Positions 17,306 to 25,370 of a stretch of 29,639 nt of DNA are shown piece after piece. The position numbers and the translations under genes were made by a program. The notes under the pieces were generated by a model. That model saw only the letters and a list, made by a program, of their open reading frames with translations, was not told where the DNA came from and did no database searches. The first letter of the stretch is position 1, and each line of letters opens with the position of its first letter. The stretch spans positions 1 to 29,639 of the forward strand of contig JAFMJM010000368.1 of the NCBI GenBank assembly GCA_017853455.1, in the 5' to 3' direction. The stretch comes from Acidimicrobiia bacterium (GTDB lineage: Bacteria > Actinomycetota > Acidimicrobiia > IMCC26256 > PALSA-555).

Positions 17306-17332
17306 AACGCGTTCCTCGTTCTTTTTCTAAAG

Positions 17333-18244
17333 TCATTGATACGAGACAACGAGCTTTGCTGAGAAGCAAAAGGCTCGGTCTTGAAGTGCATCCGTTCCGT
17401 TACTCTTCAGCGTGACCTCCAAACGGCATGGTGCGTTTGGGATTCCGGCCATGCCCGGAGGGCCAACGATTGCGATGACCTTTTCTTCGCTTCCGGCCGC
17501 TGTCGTGGTCGCGGTTGCCCAGATAGCGGGCGGAACCGCCGACGTGGCGTCTTGCAACTGCGCCACCGCCGCCTGCGCCGGATTCGACGTGGCGATAATA
17601 ACGTGCAGGTCTACGTGCCGCGTAAATCCGTTTCGTGTAGCCGGAAACTGGTTCTGAAAGTCCACGTACGTCGCCGCAATCAACCGGGGCGCATTGGTGC
17701 CGGCATCCTGCAGCCCCGCCACCAAAGCCACTTCCACAGGCAGCGGCGCCACAGGCACCGGCGGAGGGGGAGGCGGTGGGGGAGTTGCAATCTGCTCGGC
17801 CAACGCCAACAAGTCGCTAAAAACAAAGTCGAACGCTTCCGACCAACTGCGTAATTGACCGCCAAAGTTGTTTTCGCCCGGGCCTTCGCCAAGCGCGGGC
17901 AACCGCCAGCCGCGCTGCACAAGGACTCCGGTGCTGTCGTAGCGAACAGCCGCAATCAGGATTTGCACATTCCCCGGACCGCCCCCATTGGTCACAAGGC
18001 GGATGCGGTAGGAACCGGGTACATCCGGTGTAAATGTCGCTGTCGGCGTAAGCGCGTTGGCCAGCGATGCGCCGCTGCCTGCCGGTGCGTCCAAAAGCGT
18101 CCACTCATGAAGAGTGTTATTTGCCAGCGTTGAACGGCAAGTGATCGCACGCCCCGCCCACAAATCATTGCGTGCGCGGTCGGGAGAACCATACGAGGTG
18201 CCTGACGGCCTTACTTGGTCAAACGCAATACTGGCGCCCGGCAT
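17333..18244 (-). CDS. PKD/Ig-like domain virion protein with a poly-Pro hinge (303 aa)
   Basis: HEWTLLDAPAGSGASLANALTPTATFTPDVPGSYRIRLV is an intact PKD-like motif, followed by PPPPPPPPVPVAP and a beta-rich C-domain. GGAGG RBS. Confidence 0.7.
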   Translation of the reverse strand: MPGASIAFDQVRPSGTSYGSPDRARNDLWAGRAITCRSTLANNTLHEWTLLDAPAGSGASLANALTPTATFTPDVPGSYRIRLVTNGGGPGNVQILIAAVRYDSTGVLVQRGWRLPALGEGPGENNFGGQLRSWSEAFDFVFSDLLALAEQIATPPPPPPPPVPVAPLPVEVALVAGLQDAGTNAPRLIAATYVDFQNQFPATRNGFTRHVDLHVIIATSNPAQAAVAQLQDATSAVPPAIWATATTTAAGSEEKVIAIVGPPGMAGIPNAPCRLEVTLKSNGTDALQDRAFCFSAKLVVSYQ

Positions 18245-18281
18245 TCTTGTTCTCCTCCAACAGTTGCTCTACTCTTTACGC

Positions 18282-18572
18282 ATGCACTTCAAGACGATGG
18301 ACCCTGCCCTTATCCTGAAGGCCATCGAAGGGTATCAAAATGAGCTGGCCCCAGAGAGCAAAGCCCTTGAAGCTTTCTACCGGCAATTTCGATGCAAGCG
18401 GTGCGGAAATCGCTGTCGAAAAGAAACGGTCGACGGACACGTGTTTAGTGACCCCGACACCTTGGTTCCTCGAGCCTGCCTTCGCTGCCTTCAATGCAAC
18501 TGTCTTTTCGATCCACACAGCGGCCTCCTCGTGGAACCGGGGAATCCAGGCGTCAACCTAGAAACCCCCTAA
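18282..18572 (+). CDS. Small zinc-ribbon protein (~96 aa), the only plus-strand gene in the structural block
   Basis: Track ORF 18114..18572 trimmed to the ATG at 18282 (alternative ATG 18297) so that it exactly fills the gap between 18244 and 18575. Contains CKRC...CLQC Cys pairs plus additional Cys. Confidence 0.65.
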   Translation: MHFKTMDPALILKAIEGYQNELAPESKALEAFYRQFRCKRCGNRCRKETVDGHVFSDPDTLVPRACLRCLQCNCLFDPHSGLLVEPGNPGVNLETP

Positions 18573-18574
18573 AC

Positions 18575-21500
18575 CTACGCAAGTCGGCGAGTCACCGACA
18601 AGACATCCGGAATAAACGCCGCCAGCGTACCTAGATTTAAATAATCTTGGCTACGCTCAATTGTGATGGACCGGTCAAAGTTATGAATGACGGCTACAAG
18701 GTCAATGGGACTGTCCACCGACCGGGCGCCGCGATTCATCACAAGCCGTACAAGCTCGCTCGAGTACAAAGAGTCGGTCGGATAAAGTTCCTGAATAAAC
18801 TTTTCGAGGTCAGGAAAAACAACATTTTCCGCCGAGCCGCCTGAGTATGTCAGGGCGAAGCGAACAAAGTAAGGAATCAAGTGCCGCGCCAAGGGGCTGG
18901 AGTTAATGACGCGCTCGGACTCGCTTCGAATGTAATTATCAACGCTCGCCGTAAGGCTGCTTCGAGAATAGCTAAGCTGGATGTTCTGCCCAGAGAGCTG
19001 CGTTGCGTTGGCCGGATCGTCGCTGACACCCACCTCGAGAATGGAGCGAGACAGGTGCAGCTTCGGGCGCTCGACAGGAGAAAACGTCAGGTTCGAGTCT
19101 TCGGTCGTTAGGTAGTAACCGTCCGAGCGGTAGCCCGTGGCGGTCATCTGAAGGTCGGAAGTGATGTTGTATTGGTCGCCCGTGCCTTCTGAAACGAGCT
19201 GCACGTCAAAGTAATACAAGCTCGGAGCCACCGTCTGTTTCGCCATGTCAGTGGAAACAATCCGCTGAAGCCCGGCACGGAGGACTTTGAACTGCTGGTT
19301 GTCGATGCGTGTTGTACCTGAAGGAAACGAGGGCGTGACCTCGATATGCGCAGGATTGGCGTCCAGACCTACGGCCGTAATCGTGTAGGTGCCCTTGTTC
19401 GGCGAATCGTTGTCTTGGTCAATGCCGTTGACCGTCGAAAAACCGAGCAAGCCGTTGGCGCTTGTTGCTGCGCTAGAGCCCCGCACAATGACCGACGCAT
19501 CGGGCGTAAATTGAAGACGGTTCTGCGTATCGAGTGAGCAAATCGTCTGCCCAATGGTCTTGTTGATACGGTCAACCAGCCCTGCACGAGAGATTGCCGT
19601 CGGCGCAACATCGACGACATCGTGCGCAAAGATGATGGTTTTATCGACGCCGCCATTGACACTCAAAACAAGCGTACGTGTCGCAACCGTACTTCCCGCT
19701 ATCTTAAGGTCAATTTGGTCGCCAAGAACCTGCGTACCAACAAGGGGAACGTAATCCACGACGAGAAGGTCCCCTGGCTGAATCCCCTTCTGGATAAAGT
19801 CCGTGGAGCGCGACTCAAACACAACATGCCCAGTCACCGTCGAAAGACCGCCGCCCGTACTTCCGTCTTTGGGCTTCGTACCGCCCGAAACTGCCGGAAT
19901 GCGCTGGTAGCTGTTCGTAGGATCGGGAAAATACCGAAGCACCGAACCGTCGTCTGAAGTGACGGTAAAGCGCGCACCCTTATCCACCTCAAAGCTGGTG
20001 GGGTCTAGGAAGTAACAACGCGCCGTGCCAATCGAGCGGGCGCCTACCTGGATGTGCCGCCCAAACTCCGGATTGAAGTCGTGGGTCGTCCGAAGCGGAT
20101 CGTACTTCGCTTCGTCCCCTGGCGCTGTTCGCTTGTTCGGGAAAACAAGGTCGCCATAAAACCCGACCTGAAGACCGTCGAGAATCTGCACGACGTCAAA
20201 AACCGAATCGAGCGCGGGGCGAAGCGCCGCCCAGCCCCCCGTCGCCGCGACGTTCTCCGAGCGGATGTCCCGGCTGGTCACGTCCCGGTCGTTGTACCCG
20301 AAGAGGTCCAGCATCGCCGTGCTGCCCGTGGCGTACACGGTCACGCGCGGGCCAAGGGGCAAAAGCCCAACGCGCCGGTCGTTGTCCAGCAGAACCGCGA
20401 ACCGCGCTACCGCGCCCGCCGAAGCCAGGTACACGGCGTCGTTGATCTCTTTGACCACGCCCGCCGCACTGAGCGTCCCAGAGAACGTGACCGTGAACGG
20501 AGTCTGGCCTTCCCACCCCAGTTTGAGGGTCTTACCCGCCAAGGCGACCGGGGCCGGAAGCAACTTCGTTATCGCTCCGGTCAGGCCATCTGTAAAATCG
20601 GCTTTCACGCCGCTCGCCGGATTGGCAAAGCTCTGGGACTGGATGTCGACCGGCCGCGCGTAAGGAATCGTCGTTCCCACGGTCTGTCCCGACGTGTCGA
20701 GCAGCTCCACCCGGTCAAGACGGGCAAATGGCAGGGTAAGGCCGCCCTCCTTGTTCAGACGGAAGATGCTGTAGCGCAGCCCATTGGCCGTCGCCGGCAA
20801 CGCACGGTCGACCTGTACCTTTGTAAAGAGCGGCGACGCCACCTGCCGGACGGTGTAATCCCCCTCCACCAAGTCCCCGCCCGAGATGCGCAGCACATCT
20901 CCGACGCTCACGCCGTAAGTGTCGAAGTCCACCCCCGAAGCAGTCTCGACGGTATCCCGGCCCTGCACCGTACGGAGGTCCGACCCAGAAATCTTGGTTT
21001 CCTTGGGCTCATTCAGGTCAATGAGCAGCGTATCTGTGATGCGCCACCGGAAGGTCCCCGGTACTTCCGTGAGGGCTGGCGTGATGGTGAGCACAGGGGA
21101 AATGCCATTCACCTGCTCCACCTTCAGAATCCGGTACGCCCCTGCTATCGGCGGGTCTTGAATTTGAATCGACAAATTCTCGGTCGCCGCATGCTGCAGA
21201 ACAGCGTACGTCGTGTCGCCGACCGAGTAGTCCGTTCCCAAAATGAAGTCGAGGAGCTGGATCGTGGTCGTGCTCTCCGTCCGAAGGCCCGTGCCTTGAA
21301 GAAGGGGGGCGTCATCCACCACCGAGCCCAGGAGTAAGGTATCGGCGTCGAAGTCCGTCCCGCGCACGAACACATCCACCGCGCCACCGACATGCACCTG
21401 GCCATCAGGAATGGCGACCGTCCCCTCCGCCGTGTCCGGATACAGAATGCCTCCGGGAATCCCCGACAGCGTCAGCGTCTTCCGGCGCAACATCCACACG

Positions 21501-22630
21501 GCTTGGGTAACGTCGTAGCTGAACACCTGCTCATGAACGTCCAGCGTGTTCGGCGACACCACCGAACGCACGGTCAGGTCCCGCACAAGAGGCAGCGACC
21601 CAACAGGGTACGCGTTGACGACCGTGAGGACGTACTCGCCCGTGACCGGACCGATGGCGCCAATGATGGCCGTGAAGTCGACCGGGTCCGCGACCTGAAA
21701 CCGCCTCGAGAGAATCTTGCTCTCCCCGTCGGCGAGAACACCGCCTGCTGTGCCCGATGCCAGAAGAGGGCCAAGGCCCCCGCCCGTGAGCACGTCCCGC
21801 TGCATCTGCGTGTCCCCGTACCCAATGACATTGAGGCGGGTGACTTCAGGAAAGTCGCGGGTGATTTTGGCGCCGACGCCGCGGCTTGTAACTAAACTCC
21901 GCTCTGTGAGCTCCTGCTCAACTCGGCCAATAAAGGTAACCGCGTCTTCGTCGGCGACCCCGGACCGAAAGCGGGTCTTGTTGGTAATGCGCGTGGCGCT
22001 CGCCACGTTGGCGATGGTGACCACGCTATCCGGGTCGATGTTGTACTGGTCTCCGGCCGCTTCGGCGACCACGTTGACATCGAAGTAGTAGAGCGCGCCC
22101 TCAAGGTTGAGGAGCATCTCCTCGGTACGGATGCTCTGCACCTCGGTTGGAAAGAAGTGCAGGCCGTCGCGGGACGTGACGAAGTTGGCGGGCGACAGAG
22201 AGATGTTCTGAGGCTGCGCGAAGTACACCCGCACAATTCCTCGAGCGAACTGCCCGACGTTTCGGGTGGCAAAGAGATTGGCCCCCAGCGCGTCGGCTTC
22301 ATCGGTTGTCAGGATGGTCGGATCTTTGAACGACATCCCATTGGACACCCGGTTAATTTCACGAACCACCGGATTCCACAGAAGAATCCCCGCCTTGATC
22401 AACAGGTCGGTAATGGCGTCGCCTTCTTTGGTCGCCATATCCGGAAACTGTTGATTCAGCAGCGTCTGAACAAAGACGCCGATGTCGACCGTGAAGGGGT
22501 CCGTTCCGAGCCTTCGCAAAAGGGGCTGAACAACCTGCACGTCGTACGGCGACCCGGGCGACAGGTCCAACGTAGGGTCGGCTTGCTGAAGGCGCTGAAC
22601 GATAAAAGCCTGAAGGTCTGCAAGAGCCAT
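18575..22630 (-). CDS. Baseplate J-like protein (1351 aa), greatly expanded
   Basis: N-terminal DLSPGS/KEGDAITDLLIKAG, ARGIVRVYF, FDVNVVAEAAGDQYNI, VADEDAVTFIGR and LNVIGYGDTQMQRD are baseplate-J-type motifs. Follows the gp25-like gene. Confidence 0.8.
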   Translation of the reverse strand: MALADLQAFIVQRLQQADPTLDLSPGSPYDVQVVQPLLRRLGTDPFTVDIGVFVQTLLNQQFPDMATKEGDAITDLLIKAGILLWNPVVREINRVSNGMSFKDPTILTTDEADALGANLFATRNVGQFARGIVRVYFAQPQNISLSPANFVTSRDGLHFFPTEVQSIRTEEMLLNLEGALYYFDVNVVAEAAGDQYNIDPDSVVTIANVASATRITNKTRFRSGVADEDAVTFIGRVEQELTERSLVTSRGVGAKITRDFPEVTRLNVIGYGDTQMQRDVLTGGGLGPLLASGTAGGVLADGESKILSRRFQVADPVDFTAIIGAIGPVTGEYVLTVVNAYPVGSLPLVRDLTVRSVVSPNTLDVHEQVFSYDVTQAVWMLRRKTLTLSGIPGGILYPDTAEGTVAIPDGQVHVGGAVDVFVRGTDFDADTLLLGSVVDDAPLLQGTGLRTESTTTIQLLDFILGTDYSVGDTTYAVLQHAATENLSIQIQDPPIAGAYRILKVEQVNGISPVLTITPALTEVPGTFRWRITDTLLIDLNEPKETKISGSDLRTVQGRDTVETASGVDFDTYGVSVGDVLRISGGDLVEGDYTVRQVASPLFTKVQVDRALPATANGLRYSIFRLNKEGGLTLPFARLDRVELLDTSGQTVGTTIPYARPVDIQSQSFANPASGVKADFTDGLTGAITKLLPAPVALAGKTLKLGWEGQTPFTVTFSGTLSAAGVVKEINDAVYLASAGAVARFAVLLDNDRRVGLLPLGPRVTVYATGSTAMLDLFGYNDRDVTSRDIRSENVAATGGWAALRPALDSVFDVVQILDGLQVGFYGDLVFPNKRTAPGDEAKYDPLRTTHDFNPEFGRHIQVGARSIGTARCYFLDPTSFEVDKGARFTVTSDDGSVLRYFPDPTNSYQRIPAVSGGTKPKDGSTGGGLSTVTGHVVFESRSTDFIQKGIQPGDLLVVDYVPLVGTQVLGDQIDLKIAGSTVATRTLVLSVNGGVDKTIIFAHDVVDVAPTAISRAGLVDRINKTIGQTICSLDTQNRLQFTPDASVIVRGSSAATSANGLLGFSTVNGIDQDNDSPNKGTYTITAVGLDANPAHIEVTPSFPSGTTRIDNQQFKVLRAGLQRIVSTDMAKQTVAPSLYYFDVQLVSEGTGDQYNITSDLQMTATGYRSDGYYLTTEDSNLTFSPVERPKLHLSRSILEVGVSDDPANATQLSGQNIQLSYSRSSLTASVDNYIRSESERVINSSPLARHLIPYFVRFALTYSGGSAENVVFPDLEKFIQELYPTDSLYSSELVRLVMNRGARSVDSPIDLVAVIHNFDRSITIERSQDYLNLGTLAAFIPDVLSVTRRLA

Positions 22631-22635
22631 AGGGT

Positions 22636-23292
22636 CTAAACCATAATGTTTGCGGTTGCGGCACGGCCAGCGTGCGAAGTGAGTTCAATCGCCACAACGA
22701 GGGCGGCCTCGACCTTGTTGTACGCCGCCGACGTAACCGTTGCGGCCAAAAGACGCTCGTCCCGAGGAATCGAGGGGTCCTGCCCTTGAATGGTGATGAT
22801 CTGCCGACGCGTTCGGTCGACAGCTAAAATAATGTCGCTAACAATCCCGCCGCTCTCGTCTTTGCCAAACGTGGTGCCGATGTCTTTGAGCACATTGCCC
22901 CCAAGACGCGGCGCAAAGATGTCCCGTCCTGGCGTGGTCAGAAGAAGTTTCAAAAAGACCTGCACAAGACGCAGAATCCCAGAGACCTTGCTCGCCACAT
23001 GCCCCACGCGAAACTTGATGACGCTCTTGGGGCTAATCGTAAGTTCCCTCGAGATGGCCGTTACCGACGTTACGGTCACGTACTTCAGCGTCGGTGGAAC
23101 TTGCGCCAGAAGGCGCGTCTTCGACAAGATCACCACATCGGGCGACGGAATGTCGTTGATGAGAATCTCATCCACAGCCGAAAAGTCTTCGCCAAGAATG
23201 TCGAGCGACCGCGGGTTCATGCCCCGTAAGATCGTGACACTGTTGAGCGGGATAATCTGCTGAGGGAATACGACTTGGAAGTCGACCGCCAA
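22636..23292 (-). CDS. gp25/gpW-like baseplate wedge protein with an N-terminal Ig/IPT-like extension (218 aa)
   Basis: KVSGILRLVQVFLKLLLTTPGRDIFAPRLGG resembles the gp25 Q...LL.T.PG...P..G motif. TTG start with AAGGAGG RBS; first gene of the structural block. Confidence 0.7.
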   Translation of the reverse strand: MAVDFQVVFPQQIIPLNSVTILRGMNPRSLDILGEDFSAVDEILINDIPSPDVVILSKTRLLAQVPPTLKYVTVTSVTAISRELTISPKSVIKFRVGHVASKVSGILRLVQVFLKLLLTTPGRDIFAPRLGGNVLKDIGTTFGKDESGGIVSDIILAVDRTRRQIITIQGQDPSIPRDERLLAATVTSAAYNKVEAALVVAIELTSHAGRAATANIMV

Positions 23293-23348
23293 GACCTGCC
23301 TCCTTAGTCGTAAGGGATACGACGCCGGCGGCCAGTCTACAGCGAGAG

Positions 23349-23403
23349 GCTAAAAAAACAGAAGGCAGAAGAGCAGAGGTCCCGTACCCACTGCTCTTCT
23401 GCC
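23349..23403 (-). terminator. Intrinsic terminator separating non-structural from structural genes
   Basis: Perfect 13-bp stem GGCAGAAGAGCAG/CTGCTCTTCTGCC (23364-23376/23391-23403) followed on the minus strand by TTCTGTTTTTTTAGC. Confidence 0.75.
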
Positions 23404-23457
23404 GTTCACACAGGAGTCCGCCAGGCAGCATACCTACATGCCGAAGCCTGGCAAGAC

Positions 23458-24279
23458 TTACCGTGCATTCTGTAAGAACTCAGCCGCCGGCCCCAAAGGT
23501 GTATCGAGCGTCAATACATGCACACGTTTCGGGTCTTTGCTAGGGTACGTCTCCTGACGATGCGGAGGCGGCGTGTCCGCAAGCGACACGCGCTCAAACG
23601 TCGGCGCAAACGTACGCAGAAACTCCTCGCGCACGTTGTCACTTGCCCAATAGCTTTGCTCAGGCCACACAACGGGAACGTTCTTTTGAAGCTCGTCAAA
23701 GCGCGAGCCTGGGTAAACCCAGTACGCACGCCCCTTGTGGGACGGCTTTTCCACTTGGATGAGCACACCGTTCTCCGTAAGTGCCCAGAGAATCGCCCGC
23801 GATGCGCGGGTGCCAACGCCTCTGGTCGCGAGGTGCTCGCTAACGTCCGCCACAAGTAAGCCGATTGGAGGGGCCGTACATGGACGCTTTAAATGCTGCA
23901 GCAGTAAACTTCGTACCCTGCGGCACTTACGGGGGTACGTCGTAAATCCGGCCACGTAGTGTCCGTATGCACGTTCTTTTTCCGGCGCGCGCATCACGAA
24001 GAAGGACTGCCCCGTCGCCGGAAACCGCAGCCGGTCTCCAGAGCGCTTGGGTTTTTGCGCAACCAGCGGCGGATTTGGAGAAATCTCCAAAACCGGAGGT
24101 GCCGGCTCGGTTGTTTCTTCTTCGTACACCACCTCCGGAAACTGCGCTGGAGGCGGTTCTTTAACCTCAGGCTCTTGCAACGACGCCAAGAACTGCTGCA
24201 AAAGCTTGTTGGTCGTTTCATTGTAATCAGCCCAGACGGCTTTTAGGGCCGTCAAGACTTCGGGGTTGTTTTTCGGCAT
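23458..24279 (-). CDS. Hypothetical protein (273 aa), possible winged-helix segment
   Basis: GGAG RBS, acidic/Pro linker, then VADVSEHLATRGVGTRASRAILWALTENGVLIQVEKPSHKGRAYWVY (helix-helix-helix-wing-like by eye). Confidence 0.65.
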   Translation of the reverse strand: MPKNNPEVLTALKAVWADYNETTNKLLQQFLASLQEPEVKEPPPAQFPEVVYEEETTEPAPPVLEISPNPPLVAQKPKRSGDRLRFPATGQSFFVMRAPEKERAYGHYVAGFTTYPRKCRRVRSLLLQHLKRPCTAPPIGLLVADVSEHLATRGVGTRASRAILWALTENGVLIQVEKPSHKGRAYWVYPGSRFDELQKNVPVVWPEQSYWASDNVREEFLRTFAPTFERVSLADTPPPHRQETYPSKDPKRVHVLTLDTPLGPAAEFLQNAR

Positions 24280-24329
24280 GAGAACTCCTGCAAAAGTAAC
24301 CGTACTGTAATTCTTATCTCGTTACTTTG
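24280..24329 (-). promoter_or_regulatory. Conserved leader element, copy B
   Basis: Minus strand CAAAGTAAC-GAGATAAGAATTAC-AGTACG-GTTACTTTTG-CAGGAGTTCTC-ATG; 34/50 identical, ungapped, to 27782-27831. Confidence 0.7.
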
Positions 24330-24424
24330 TACGCTTTTGAAGAGGCTCAACTGCCACGAACCAAACGTGATTATCCATAAATCGCGCCTTTAGCTGCGCA
24401 GCAAATGGCGGATTAACCGTAACG

Positions 24425-25069
24425 TTAGGGACTGATTCCGGCACGTCGGCGAGAACGGGTTTCTTTGACTTGTTGCTCTTGCGCATACTTTTGAATGGGC
24501 CTGTAAGAGTGTCTGTGCAAAGGGCAGACGCCATAGCGCGCCAAGCCCGCTTCGTGCGCCTTGGTGCCGTACCCCACATTTCGGTCGAACCCGTAGTTCG
24601 GAAAATGCTGGTGGTACTGCTTCATAATAAAGTCGCGGTTTACCTTCGCGATCACACTGGCCGCACTGACGGCCGGTACAAGGCTATCGGCCTTCGGAAC
24701 AATCTGAGCCTGCGGCAATTCCGGCAGCGACAAGGCGCCGTCGACAATGACCTCGGCATCCGGGTAACGGGTCAGCATGGATTGAATCGCCGCCGTGTGC
24801 GCCTGCACAAGGGCCGTGGCAACGCCCACCCGGTCAATCTCCGCCGAGCCGGCGGACATCAATGCAAAAGGAACTTGTTGAAGCTCCTTGTAGAGCGCCA
24901 AGCGCGCTTTTGGCGAAAGGGCCTTCGAGTCGGTCAGCCCCTTGGGCGGCTTCCACGAAGAGGGAACCGCCACCGCGCAAACGAGAAGGGGACCGGCCCA
25001 GGCGCCGTATCCCACTTCGTCAGTACCAATGATGTATGTATCTTCTTTTTTAGGCCGGCGTGTTGACAT
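24425..25069 (-). CDS. rnhB: Ribonuclease HII
   Basis: IIGTDEVGYGAWAGP, LTDSKALS, VIVDG, KADSLVPAVSAASVIAKVNRD, YGFDRNVGYGT and GVCPLHRHSY are all hallmark RNase HII blocks. Confidence 0.93.
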   Translation of the reverse strand: MSTRRPKKEDTYIIGTDEVGYGAWAGPLLVCAVAVPSSWKPPKGLTDSKALSPKARLALYKELQQVPFALMSAGSAEIDRVGVATALVQAHTAAIQSMLTRYPDAEVIVDGALSLPELPQAQIVPKADSLVPAVSAASVIAKVNRDFIMKQYHQHFPNYGFDRNVGYGTKAHEAGLARYGVCPLHRHSYRPIQKYAQEQQVKETRSRRRAGISP

Positions 25070-25370
25070 CGCGTTCAGGGTCGCTCTTTTGGAACGCCTC
25101 GGGCGGCATAGATTTTATCTTGGCAACCGCCTGCGTGACTTTATCGAGTACACGCTTAATGCGGTTGAGTTCGTTGGGGCGCTCTTGGGTATCAGGTCCC
25201 GCGATGCGCAGTATCTGAGCGTTGGCCAGTTCTTCGAACGTAAGCGCACTAAACGACTGAACGGCCTTGTAGCCCTCAATCGCTGAGTACGCATCGCTAA
25301 TGGCAATGCGAAGCTCTAAGTTCTGTTCTTGAAGCTGCGCATCCTCCTTGTCCTTGTTCGCCATGCTCAC
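25050..25370 (-). CDS. Hypothetical helical protein (106 aa; alternative ATG at 25364)
   Basis: GTGA coupling with the upstream gene and a 20-nt overlap with the rnhB start. Confidence 0.65.
   Translation of the reverse strand: MSMANKDKEDAQLQEQNLELRIAISDAYSAIEGYKAVQSFSALTFEELANAQILRIAGPDTQERPNELNRIKRVLDKVTQAVAKIKSMPPEAFQKSDPERDVNTPA

Noticed and set aside
372-22639. Long plus-strand ORFs in the track (e.g. 372..1376, 12680..13633, 20054..21337) and many short overlapping ORFs
   Set aside because: They are antisense shadows of well-supported minus-strand genes, expected from GC-rich codon usage. They are Arg-rich, have no RBS and carry no recognisable motifs.
11396-23292. Extracellular contractile injection system rather than a phage
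   Set aside because: Baseplate J and gp25 occur in both, but the interleaved thyX, RNase HII, lysis genes and small early-type ORFs fit a phage genome better.
1609-23339. TANNNT hexamers (TATCCT, TAGTAT, TAGAGT, TAGACT) upstream of several structural genes as a late promoter
   Set aside because: Three fixed bases occur often by chance in 50-nt spacers, and I found no shared flanking sequence or constant spacing. TSS data would be needed.
24322-24579. 85-aa ORF between rnhB and 23458..24279
   Set aside because: More than half of it overlaps rnhB out of frame, and it runs into the conserved leader element.
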